Shown here in pieces: positions 1 through 7,814 of a DNA stretch of 64,000 nucleotides. Numbering within the stretch: position 1 is the stretch's first letter; every line of letters starts with the position of its first letter. This DNA comes from an uncultured bacterium (GTDB lineage Bacteria > Patescibacteriota > Patescibacteriia > Magasanikbacterales > UBA922). Made by a program: the position numbers and the translations under genes. The notes below the pieces were generated by a model. The model searched no databases. It saw only the letters and a program-made list of their open reading frames with translations, and was not told the DNA's origin. The stretch lies in assembly GCA_937861125.1 (NCBI GenBank), contig CALMAY010000038.1, forward strand, positions 27,942-91,941, given 5' to 3'.

Positions 1-384
1 AAAGCGGGAGCAGTGGTCTGTGTTGTAGGAAAAACACCAAAAGAAGAAGGGGACAACAAAGTGTTTGTTGAAAAAGCATTTGTCCTAACACCTGAGTCAG
101 CACCAGCTGTCGCAAGTCAGCTCGCAGTCGGTGGCAATATGCCTGCACCTGCACCAGCCGCAGCACCCGTAGAAGCACGACTCGAAATTGAGATGACTCA
201 AGAGCAAGTATCAATGGCAGCCGAGAAACTCAAAGGCACATTTATGCGCAATCCAGGACGGACTCGTGTCTATATTCGTGTTGGGTCAAATGTGTTGCGC
301 ACAGATATTTTGGTGGAGCCGTCAGAAGCTTTGAAACAAGAAATTGAGAATGTGGTGGGGGTGGGGAGTGTCGGAAATTTTTAA
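1..384 (+). CDS. Hypothetical protein, C-terminal fragment; frame is open from the window edge. Contains an Ala/Pro-rich linker (PAPAPAAAPVEA).
   Basis: ORF is open from base 1 to the stop at 382-384; no recognisable family motif. Confidence 0.4.
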   Translation, partial: KAGAVVCVVGKTPKEEGDNKVFVEKAFVLTPESAPAVASQLAVGGNMPAPAPAAAPVEARLEIEMTQEQVSMAAEKLKGTFMRNPGRTRVYIRVGSNVLRTDILVEPSEALKQEIENVVGVGSVGNF

Positions 385-553
385 TTAAATTGGTGAATGT
401 TCTTGCCAACTTTTCAATTCATCAAATATTTTGTCATTAAAAGATTTTGGTTTGAATTTGAAAATAGCATCAGCATTTCTCGTGCAATACTCAAGTTCTT
501 TGGCATTGTTTTGACTTGAATACCATTTGAAACTGTCGATAATATTGGCGTTT

Positions 554-1009
554 TTATCTGTTTAGGTGACGAGTACCCTTCAATTTATTAACGGTGGCAA
601 TATATTCACCCGCTTCTCTAATTAATTCTTCGATGGTATGGATATCTTTTTTGGTAATAGCTTCTCTAATTTTTAAAGCAATTTGGTCTATATAAGTTAC
701 TTCTTCAGGTATTTCATCTAGATTTGTTACTCTACGTGCTATATATTGAAGATCCGATATTTTACGGTCTGGATCTGTTATTGATTCTATATATTTTTGG
801 TTTATGTCTTCAAAGAATTTTCTTACAGTTCTAGGTTGATCTTTTATTGCGTCCCAATATTTTTCCTGCCCTGTACGTTTAAAACGATTTAAGTTATGTT
901 GAATTATGCCATATTCATTTTGGTAATGATATAAGTCGTATAGAGCTTCGTTTATTTTTTCTTGTTTTTCTCGGCTAACTTCTAGTTGTATCGGTCTTTC
1001 TCGTTCCAT
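554..1009 (-). CDS. Hypothetical protein, 151 aa, Lys/Glu-rich, in a visibly AT-richer segment.
   Basis: Six-frame ORF. No family motif recognised. A further 58 codons stay open in a neighbouring frame below the stop (see findings). Confidence 0.45.
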   Translation of the reverse strand: MERERPIQLEVSREKQEKINEALYDLYHYQNEYGIIQHNLNRFKRTGQEKYWDAIKDQPRTVRKFFEDINQKYIESITDPDRKISDLQYIARRVTNLDEIPEEVTYIDQIALKIREAITKKDIHTIEELIREAGEYIATVNKLKGTRHLNR

Positions 1010-1109
1010 ATAGTTATATTATAAATAATAAATTTTTTTCTGAGTATGGAGTTTCTATGCATGGATTATTACATAATAATCTTTTATTAATCTTTGATTA
1101 ACAATATAC

Positions 1110-2315
1110 TTAGTATTCATAAATATGCCAATTCGGATCCGGTGTAATCGTATCCCATGATGAAAAATCATGTTTCTGTGCATGTGCATAGCCTGCTACT
1201 GCGATCATGGCTGCATTGTCCATCGAGTATTCGCGAGGACAGGTGAGAAACAAAATATCTAATTTCAAATTACTAATTTCTAATGACAACGTTTCACGAA
1301 GTTTTTGGTTAGCACTCACACCACCAGCGAGGATGACAGTCTTTGGGTTATATTGTTTGATTGCTCTGAGTGTTTTTTGGGTGAGGACATCGACGATGGC
1401 GGTTTCAAAACTGGCACAGAAATCTTCTTTGGTTACGCCCACTACGTCATTCTGAGCGGAGCGAGCCTGAGGTGAGCGGAGTCGAAGAATCCCGAGCATT
1501 TGTCGTATGAAGCTGGGATCTTTCGACTTCACTTCACTTCGTTGCGTTTCGCTCAAGATGACGTGATCGCGCAGCCAGTAGAGTGCCGATGTCTTGAGTC
1601 CTGCAAAACTAAAATCATAGTTTGGCTCTTTGAGCATCGGACGTGGAAACGGTATCGCATCTGTGCGTCCAGTTTTTGCGAGTGCAGAAATTTTTGGTCC
1701 ACCAGGATATTCGAGATCAAGGAGTTTGGCGACTTTATCAAAGCACTCTCCGGCTGCATCGTCGCGCGTCTTGCCGATGAGTTCGTAGACACCATGGTCT
1801 TTCATCAGGATGAGTTCGGTATGTCCACCACTGACAATCAAACAGAGCGTTGGAAATTTTAGATTTGTGATTTCAGATTTTAGATTACCTTTTTGTTCGT
1901 TGAGTAATACTGAGTAAATGTGGCCTTCTATGTGGTTTACACGAATAAGCGGAACATTCCATAGATACGAAAGTGTCTTGGCAGTCTCAACACCAACAAG
2001 TAACCCAGTCAAAAGTCCTGGTCCAGCCGTCACCGCAATAGCATCTGGTACAAATGGTGTACTTTTGGCTTCGCACTTTTGGCTTCGAACTTCACCCAAT
2101 ACTTCCTCAATCACCGGCATAATATTCTCCGCATGTTTGCGCCCAGCAAGTTCTGGAACCACGCCACCGTATGCTTTGTGAATATCAATCTGGCTCGCAG
2201 TTTTTTGTGCTACTACTTCCGCTGTGCCATCTGCGTGAAATGCTAACACAGCGGCGCTAGTGTCGTCGCAGGATGATTCGATGCCGAGGATATAGTAGGG
2301 TGCTTTATTGATCAT
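1110..2315 (-). CDS. tsaD: tRNA N6-adenosine threonylcarbamoyltransferase TsaD (Kae1/YgjD family).
   Basis: N-terminal YILGIESSCDDTSAAV, GPGLLTGLLVG and AGGVSAN motifs are typical of TsaD. Start moved to the internal Met (MINKAPYY), which overlaps the upstream stop by about 4 nt. Carries a roughly 40-aa insertion relative to E. coli TsaD. Confidence 0.9.
   Translation of the reverse strand: MINKAPYYILGIESSCDDTSAAVLAFHADGTAEVVAQKTASQIDIHKAYGGVVPELAGRKHAENIMPVIEEVLGEVRSQKCEAKSTPFVPDAIAVTAGPGLLTGLLVGVETAKTLSYLWNVPLIRVNHIEGHIYSVLLNEQKGNLKSEITNLKFPTLCLIVSGGHTELILMKDHGVYELIGKTRDDAAGECFDKVAKLLDLEYPGGPKISALAKTGRTDAIPFPRPMLKEPNYDFSFAGLKTSALYWLRDHVILSETQRSEVKSKDPSFIRQMLGILRLRSPQARSAQNDVVGVTKEDFCASFETAIVDVLTQKTLRAIKQYNPKTVILAGGVSANQKLRETLSLEISNLKLDILFLTCPREYSMDNAAMIAVAGYAHAQKHDFSSWDTITPDPNWHIYEY
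1444..1564. repeat. Imperfect-palindrome element of about 121 bp inserted in frame inside tsaD (MITE/RPE-like).
   Basis: Terminal inverted repeats ACGTCATTCTGAGCG and CGCTCAAGATGACGT (13/15 complementary). Inner arms GAGTCGAAGAATCCCGAGC and GCTGGGATCTTTCGACTTC are also near-complementary. The tsaD ORF stays open through it. Confidence 0.5.
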
Positions 2316-2821
2316 ATCGTATAGAGATAGAGTGTCGGTTGCTTCTCCCGTTTGATCACCTCTGTTGGTACCCACTGTGGGAGTGGCCAAACATAGGAGA
2401 GTACTATACTGCCAGGTTTGAGCTCTTTTTTCAACTTCTCCATAAGTTTGGGAAACATCTCGGGCATGAGGAAAAAATAGACGTGTGTGGTGTCAGAGAG
2501 ATCGGTGTGCCAGAGATTTTTGTATCTGATCTGTACTCGACTGCGTGCAGGTGAAAACAGTCGTCGTATGTGTGCGATGATGTAGGGGAGGAGAGAGATC
2601 TCTAGTCCTGTGGCACGAGCACCTCGCTCTGCGGCAGCGATAGTGAGTCGTCCGTCACCACAACCGATATCACAAAAGACAGAATCTTTGTTTAGTTTTA
2701 GTGCGTCAATAATTGCTGATACATCATCTTTGCGTGTTGGTACCCATGGCGCGCCCTTGTATCCAGCATAGGCGAAGGTGCCAAAGATAGCGAGGAGGAT
2801 GGTAATGGTAAAAAGTTCCAT
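2312..2821 (-). CDS. Class I SAM-dependent methyltransferase with an N-terminal transmembrane helix.
   Basis: DIGCGDGRL glycine-rich SAM-binding motif; hydrophobic N-terminus. Confidence 0.6.
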   Translation of the reverse strand: MELFTITILLAIFGTFAYAGYKGAPWVPTRKDDVSAIIDALKLNKDSVFCDIGCGDGRLTIAAAERGARATGLEISLLPYIIAHIRRLFSPARSRVQIRYKNLWHTDLSDTTHVYFFLMPEMFPKLMEKLKKELKPGSIVLSYVWPLPQWVPTEVIKREKQPTLYLYTI

Positions 2822-2824
2822 ATA

Positions 2825-3673
2825 TTATCGTTGAAATAGTGACCACATGGTAGAGAGTATCTGCTGCGCAGTGTCTAGTTTGTTTTGACGATGGAGTTCT
2901 GCGGCAAAACGAACACCGCGATAACTCAGTGGTGTTGAGATAATTTCCATGTAGTGTGGGTCATGTGCAAATTCTTTTTTTGCAAAATCCCAACACGCAT
3001 ATGCTTCATCGATATTGTCTGCCTGCCCAACCATCTGGAGTGTGTAGTACACAATGTCATAATATCTAAATGACCAACCACTCCATCCGCTGTCCACAAG
3101 TGTCAGTCTTCCTGTCTGCTTGTCTTTTGCTATATGCCATGGGACGAGATCGTGGTGCTGAAATGCACGAGTATCAAAATGTCGCTTGAGATATGTGTGG
3201 AGCTGTTCTGCTTGTGTCTGAGTGATAAGCGTGTGTTCCAAAAGGTACGTCACATCTGTCTCAAAACGCGGCCAATTGAGCTGACGTCTCTCGTCGCTAT
3301 CATCTCTGATCTCTGTTGGAATATCACTGTAGGGGATGTCTAGACACCATTTCAAAAACGTAAACATTTCCTGTCTGTAACTCTCGAATGCTTGCGCATC
3401 TGCTGCCGTCTGTATGTCCGCTGCGAGCCAGTCATGTGTGGTGCTGATATCGGGGTAGACGAGAGAGGTGCCATCAAATGTAGGCAGGAGAAAATCAAAT
3501 CCCACCTCTTTCCCTTGGGTGTAGTGGTAGAGAAATGTTTGGTTGTGAAACTCGCGGGTGTTTTCTACAATACCTGCCGCTGTCTTGGCGTGTTTTACAA
3601 ATGTCGGTGCGTCACCTGAAAGGTTGCGGAATATATGTATATTGGCTGTTTCTTTGATCGTGTGGTATTCCAT
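2825..3673 (-). CDS. Phosphotransferase-family protein (APH / choline-kinase-like kinase fold).
   Basis: HHDLVPWHI (HxDxxxxN-like catalytic loop) followed by LVDSGWSGW (DFG-equivalent). Confidence 0.5.
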   Translation of the reverse strand: MEYHTIKETANIHIFRNLSGDAPTFVKHAKTAAGIVENTREFHNQTFLYHYTQGKEVGFDFLLPTFDGTSLVYPDISTTHDWLAADIQTAADAQAFESYRQEMFTFLKWCLDIPYSDIPTEIRDDSDERRQLNWPRFETDVTYLLEHTLITQTQAEQLHTYLKRHFDTRAFQHHDLVPWHIAKDKQTGRLTLVDSGWSGWSFRYYDIVYYTLQMVGQADNIDEAYACWDFAKKEFAHDPHYMEIISTPLSYRGVRFAAELHRQNKLDTAQQILSTMWSLFQR

Positions 3674-3736
3674 AGGAGGGGGTTACTATAGTCTACATCA
3701 TAACAAAAAAAAGACCTCATGTATATGAGATCTTTT

Positions 3737-3811
3737 TGGTAGCGCCAAGGGGAATCGAACCCCTGTTCTCAGGATGAAAACCTAATGTCCTAACCACTAG
3801 ACGATGGCGCC
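3737..3811 (-). tRNA. tRNA-Glu (anticodon TTC).
   Basis: Cloverleaf folds by hand: acceptor GGCGCCA, D arm GTC/GAC, anticodon stem TTAGG/CCTGA, loop TTTTCAT, T arm CAGGGGTTCGATTCCCCTT, 3' CCA encoded. Confidence 0.9.
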
Positions 3812-3818
3812 ATGTGCA

Positions 3819-4064
3819 TTATTCAAAAATGCGTCTGTATAATTTTTCTTTTTCACTACTGTTGGTTTTGAGCTGATACTCTCTTTTTCGTGCAAGCGTT
3901 CCTGATACGTATGCTTCGTAGTAGACGAGTTGGTATGGAATTTTTGAACGAATTGATTTGGTTTTACCACTATTGTGTTCCACAAGTCTTTTTCGTAGGT
4001 CTTCAGTGTATCCGATATAGGTGGTTTTGTCTATAGTGGATTGTAAAACGTATGTATAAAACAT
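3819..4064 (-). CDS. GIY-YIG nuclease-domain protein, 81 aa, URI/COG2827-like.
   Basis: YTYVLQS...YIGYTEDLRKRLVEHN matches the GIY-YIG catalytic core. Lies between a complete tRNA-Glu and a duplicated tRNA-Glu 5' half. Confidence 0.8.
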   Translation of the reverse strand: MFYTYVLQSTIDKTTYIGYTEDLRKRLVEHNSGKTKSIRSKIPYQLVYYEAYVSGTLARKREYQLKTNSSEKEKLYRRIFE

Positions 4065-4105
4065 AGTCTTGTCAAGGATGCCACCCTACGGGTGGTCACC
4101 CGCGA

Positions 4106-4144
4106 GGGTGAAAAACCTAATGTCCTAACCACTAGACGATGGCG
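4106..4144 (-). pseudogene. Partial duplicate of tRNA-Glu (5' half through the anticodon loop).
   Basis: 39 nt identical to 3776-3814 (gaaaacctaatgtcctaaccactagacgatggcgccatg) with one extra A. Continues into two GC hairpins (CCACCC-TAC-GGGTGG, TCACCC-GCGA-GGGTGA) instead of a T arm. Confidence 0.7.
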
Positions 4145-4147
4145 CCA

Positions 4148-4413
4148 TGAGTTGAATTGTGAAAACAGTGACAGTATAACTGGTTTTTGGTCGTTCGTCA
4201 ACCCCCTTGACAGATATAGAGATATCCTGTATTCTATCCTCATAACCACAGACAGTAGCTTCCGCCCAAAGCGGATTAAATACGCTACCGAGGTGAATCT
4301 ACTCTCCCTATACATAGGGGATTTGGTCGAAGATTTATCGTTTTACTGTGGTTTTGCCACGGTTTTTTATTTCCCTGTATTTCAGGCAAATAGACCGTTG
4401 TTAAATACTTTCT
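4148..4413 (+). promoter_or_regulatory. Untranslated region upstream of rplJ; possible L10 autoregulatory leader.
   Basis: About 265 nt of non-coding sequence sits directly upstream of rplJ, as in L10-leader operons. Structure not verified. Confidence 0.25.
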
Positions 4414-4938
4414 ATGGCAAAAACACGTGCACAAAAAGAACAAGCAGCAGTGGTGCTCGAACAAACCATGAAAAAAGCCAAAGGCATTGTCTTTGTCAAT
4501 TACCAAGGTTTGACGATTCCACAGACTGATGAGTTGCGTAAAGCATGTCGTGAAAACGACGCGGTGTTTATCGCAAGTAAAAAGACATTGGTGCGTATGG
4601 CACTTGCCAACATTGGCAGTACTGTCGACACCAAATCTTTTGATGGTTCTGTGGCTGTGATTGCAGGTATGAGTGATGAAGTTACTGCGGCTAAAATTGC
4701 AGGTGACTTCGCCAAAAAGAATGACAAACTTGTCTTCTTTGGTGGTGTCCTCGAAGGATCACTTATCGACGCACAGCAGGCAAAAGCACTCGCAGCTCTT
4801 CCAAGTAAGCAACAGCTTCTTGGTCAGCTGGTTGGAACATTGAACGCTCCAGTATCTGGATTTGTCAACGTTCTCGCTGGCAACATCCGTGGATTGGTCA
4901 CAGTCCTCGATGCAGTCAAGAGTCAGAAAGCAGCATAA
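4414..4938 (+). CDS. rplJ: 50S ribosomal protein L10.
   Basis: Typical L10 sequence; immediately followed by L7/L12. Confidence 0.95.
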   Translation: MAKTRAQKEQAAVVLEQTMKKAKGIVFVNYQGLTIPQTDELRKACRENDAVFIASKKTLVRMALANIGSTVDTKSFDGSVAVIAGMSDEVTAAKIAGDFAKKNDKLVFFGGVLEGSLIDAQQAKALAALPSKQQLLGQLVGTLNAPVSGFVNVLAGNIRGLVTVLDAVKSQKAA

Positions 4939-4980
4939 CTTGTTTACTTTTCAAATTATTAACTTGTAATTCAAAAATAT

Positions 4981-5376
4981 ATGTCAGACGTAGTCGTACC
5001 AGAGAAGTTTGCTTCTCTTGTCTCTGAAATCGAAAAGATGTCAGTACTTGATCTCTCAGAGCTCGTAAAAGTGCTTGAAGAGAAATTTGGTGTATCAGCA
5101 GCAGCTCCAGCCATGATGATGGCAGCTCCAGCAGCAGGTGCAGCAGCTCCAGCAGCAGAAGAGAAATCTTCATTTACTGTTGAGCTCACTGAAGCAGGTG
5201 ACAACAAAATCAATGTCATCAAAGCAGTAAAAGAAATCACAGGTCTTGGACTTGCTGATGCAAAAGCTCTCGTTGATGGTGCTCCAAAAGCAGTTAAAGA
5301 AGGCGTAGCAAAAGCAGACGCTGAAGAAATGAAAAAGAAAATCGAAGAAGCAGGTGGTAAAGTCACCTTGAAATAA
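4981..5376 (+). CDS. rplL: 50S ribosomal protein L7/L12.
   Basis: N-terminal dimerisation helix, Ala/Pro hinge ([15 protein letters not shown]) and C-terminal domain ([22 protein letters not shown]). Confidence 0.95.
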   Translation: MSDVVVPEKFASLVSEIEKMSVLDLSELVKVLEEKFGVSAAAPAMMMAAPAAGAAAPAAEEKSSFTVELTEAGDNKINVIKAVKEITGLGLADAKALVDGAPKAVKEGVAKADAEEMKKKIEEAGGKVTLK

Positions 5377-5398
5377 CACGCAGTGTTATTTCAAGAGT

Positions 5399-5443
5399 GA
5401 TCCTGAGCGAAATCCCGCCGTGGCGGGATGTAGTCGAAGGATC
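5399..5443 (+). other. Nested GC-rich hairpin after rplL with no U-tract.
   Basis: Outer stem GATCCT/AGGATC, inner stem ATCCCGCC-GTG-GGCGGGAT. Shares CTGAGCG, GTCGAAG and ATCCCG motifs with the tsaD element. Confidence 0.35.
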
Positions 5444-5461
5444 TCTCATTCTCTAGATAAT

Positions 5462-5493
5462 AAAAACCCTGTACCTATGGTACAGGGTTTTTG
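5462..5493 (+). terminator. Rho-independent terminator of rplJL.
   Basis: AAAAACCCTGTACC-TAT-GGTACAGGGTTTTT: perfect 9-bp stem with flanking A and T tracts. Confidence 0.8.
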
Positions 5494-5519
5494 TATCGTC
5501 ATGAGCCTTGTGAGCATTC

Positions 5520-5555
5520 TAAGCCTCCTGAGCATTTTAATCCTTTTAAGCCTTA
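5520..5555. repeat. Short dispersed intergenic motif, copy 1.
   Basis: TAAGCCTCCTGAGCATTTTAATCCTTTTAAGCCTTA; about 27/32 identical to 20413-20444. Confidence 0.45.
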
Positions 5556-7745
5556 TAATGAAAAAGAGTACACCACATTGGAATCCAAAATGTACACAGT
5601 TTTGTTTTTTTCATCCACACTCATGCCTGTTGGATTTTTCCACTCTGCTGCGGTATATTGTTTGACCAGTTTTCCTGTCTTGTCTAGTACAACAATACGT
5701 TTATTGGTTGGCTCTAAAATGTAGAGATAGTTGACGTCAGTGTAGGTAAATAGTTCTGTTGGATTGCTCAATGCTGGGTCAAGTCCGGTAATAGAAAATG
5801 CTTCTTCAACTCCTGCAACAAATTTTTTGATTTCTCCTGATGCCGTGAGTATATAGACATCACCATCAATAGCAATCGAGACTGCGTCAGCTAGTGTAGA
5901 TCCTTCGCGCTGTGATTGGATCCATGGCGTGCCTTTGTCATAGCCTGTGGCAGTTGGGTTATGTTTATAGATTTGATTATTTTTTGCGTCTAGTATGTAG
6001 GCTCTGCGGTTGTATAGCGCGATGTCATTTGGTGCTGCATCTGTTGTCGGATAGACGATGGTTTTTTGTGAAATGGTTTGGTTGGTTGGATCAAGTGTGC
6101 CGATACTTTGTGCATCTCCGAGGAAAACAATTGTATCATTTTCTTTTGGTGTGTTGGCACGTAAGAGTGGGGGGAGTGAAGAATGATTGCGTGTATCCAC
6201 TGACCCGCCTACTATTGGTAATACATAATGTGTTGAGTCATTGGTACCATATGCAATGAGGGTATTTTGGATACGAGCGAGGCGGGTAGGGGTGGCTGGT
6301 TTTTCTGCTGTACTTGCAATGGTAGCAAGTACAGTAGGGGAAACGATAGTAATATTACGGACTTGATCCAAAAGAATGGCGATAGAATTGAGAAAAGATT
6401 GGCGTGTCTGTCTTTGTTCGTCTGTATCAGTAGGAAGTTCTTTTGCCTTTGTTTGTGCTGTTGTCAGCAAATTGAGCGCACCGCTTCGATCGTTGTATGT
6501 AAACTGTGCTTGTGCTTTTTCATAGGTACTTTGGATGTCACGTATCGAGAGGGTGTATGCTTGTTTTTGTGCTACTTGTTTTTTGTTGGCACTATAGATG
6601 ACTATGCTACTGATAAATATAGTAATAGCGAGTATGGTCCCAATAAGCAGTACTTTACTGATAAGTGGAAGATGGACAAATGATCGTTTTTTCCCCTCAA
6701 TGCTTCTCGTGAGTGTGTGAATAATTTCAGTTCGTCTATTCTTTTGATTTGTAATCAAAAACCAGACGATGACAATAAGTTCTTTGATACCTACCAAGAT
6801 TCGTTCTAATAGCGCCAGCAACATGCTTGAGGCGGTCAAAAGGACGGTACCAATACCACGTAACAAAGAGACGATAAAGGGAACCGTTGTTGTATCTGGT
6901 TCTACTGAGAGTTGTGTGTTTGTTGGTGATATTGGCTGTTGCGGATGAAATGAAAAGAGACTTTTTGCACTTTGAAGCAGTGATGGGTTGAGTGTTTCTG
7001 CTGTGTTGTCCTGTGTTTCTACAAGTTCATTAATAGAGTCTCCTTTTTGTTTGAGATGAGGTGGAATTTTTCCTGTTTTTGGTAAATCGTGTACAGAGAT
7101 AATTTTGGATACAATACCACCAAATGAGATGTCACTACGTAGGTTGGCTAGGACACGCTGGAGATGGGTAGATCCGCTCATTACATCGCGAGCAGTAATA
7201 ATTTTTTGGATTCTATCTTCTGAAAAATAACGCCCAACAGATGGTGTACCAACAAAAAAGTAATCGTGCATGTGTATACTCCCAGAGAGGACAGAAGAAA
7301 ATAGTTGTGTGGGTGTATCATCTGCTTCATTGATAATGGAGAGGTGTTTGTATTCTTGTTTGTGTTGGTAAAATACGTATGCAATCGGAGCGCCGTGATA
7401 CGATAATAAGATAGTACCACCAATCATCACACCTACAACCGCATCTACCGTTCCATCTGAAAGCATGTGGTGACTTTTACGGTTCATCTGTTCAAGGATG
7501 TGTTCAAATAGTATTTCAGGGTTATCAGTATCTTCACTGTAGTATCGGGATTCTATATCATCGATACATTGTTGTAATTCTTCAATTTGTTCTGTGGTTC
7601 CACCCGTAATTTCAATCAATGCAAATAATGAACCTTTTGGTATTTCTGTAGCAGTGGATGGTTCACTAATATGAAGCAAAACATGAGACGTTTTTCGATT
7701 GCGTCCTTCAACAAAAAATTCTTGAATTTGTGGAAACCCAGACAT
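5553..7745 (-). CDS. Large membrane-anchored hypothetical protein, 730 aa. Possible PP2C-like N-terminal domain, a central transmembrane segment, and C-terminal beta-propeller-like repeats.
   Basis: Long ORF with hydrophobic helices near residues 300 and 360. Repeated YILD/VYIL motifs at the C-terminus. The PP2C-like call (DAVVGVMIGG...HGAPIAYVF) is weak. Confidence 0.55.
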   Translation of the reverse strand: MSGFPQIQEFFVEGRNRKTSHVLLHISEPSTATEIPKGSLFALIEITGGTTEQIEELQQCIDDIESRYYSEDTDNPEILFEHILEQMNRKSHHMLSDGTVDAVVGVMIGGTILLSYHGAPIAYVFYQHKQEYKHLSIINEADDTPTQLFSSVLSGSIHMHDYFFVGTPSVGRYFSEDRIQKIITARDVMSGSTHLQRVLANLRSDISFGGIVSKIISVHDLPKTGKIPPHLKQKGDSINELVETQDNTAETLNPSLLQSAKSLFSFHPQQPISPTNTQLSVEPDTTTVPFIVSLLRGIGTVLLTASSMLLALLERILVGIKELIVIVWFLITNQKNRRTEIIHTLTRSIEGKKRSFVHLPLISKVLLIGTILAITIFISSIVIYSANKKQVAQKQAYTLSIRDIQSTYEKAQAQFTYNDRSGALNLLTTAQTKAKELPTDTDEQRQTRQSFLNSIAILLDQVRNITIVSPTVLATIASTAEKPATPTRLARIQNTLIAYGTNDSTHYVLPIVGGSVDTRNHSSLPPLLRANTPKENDTIVFLGDAQSIGTLDPTNQTISQKTIVYPTTDAAPNDIALYNRRAYILDAKNNQIYKHNPTATGYDKGTPWIQSQREGSTLADAVSIAIDGDVYILTASGEIKKFVAGVEEAFSITGLDPALSNPTELFTYTDVNYLYILEPTNKRIVVLDKTGKLVKQYTAAEWKNPTGMSVDEKNKTVYILDSNVVYSFSL

Positions 7746-7814
7746 AGGGGGTATAGTTGCCTTTTTGGATACTTCCTAGTATACTGCAAGTATACAAAAA
7801 AAACAACCGAATAT

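Noticed and set aside
4047-4052. TTGACA hexamer upstream of the GIY-YIG ORF as its -35 element.
   Set aside because: It lies only 6 nt before the ATG, which is incompatible with promoter geometry.
3777-4105. Possibility that the tRNA-Glu carries a group I intron encoding the GIY-YIG protein.
   Set aside because: The downstream copy (3737-3811) is a complete, uninterrupted tRNA, and the upstream fragment is not followed by any tRNA 3' half. An intron would not duplicate the 5' exon.
3797-4315. ORFs 3797..3985(-) and 4031..4315(-) from the six-frame track.
   Set aside because: They overlap the tRNA-Glu, the GIY-YIG gene and the duplicated tRNA fragment in other frames. The GIY-YIG frame (3819..4064) carries a recognisable catalytic motif, and these do not.
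4971-5366. 131-aa minus-strand ORF mirroring rplL.
   Set aside because: Antisense frame of the Ala-rich L7/L12 gene with low-complexity Ala/Ser content; rplL itself is unambiguous.
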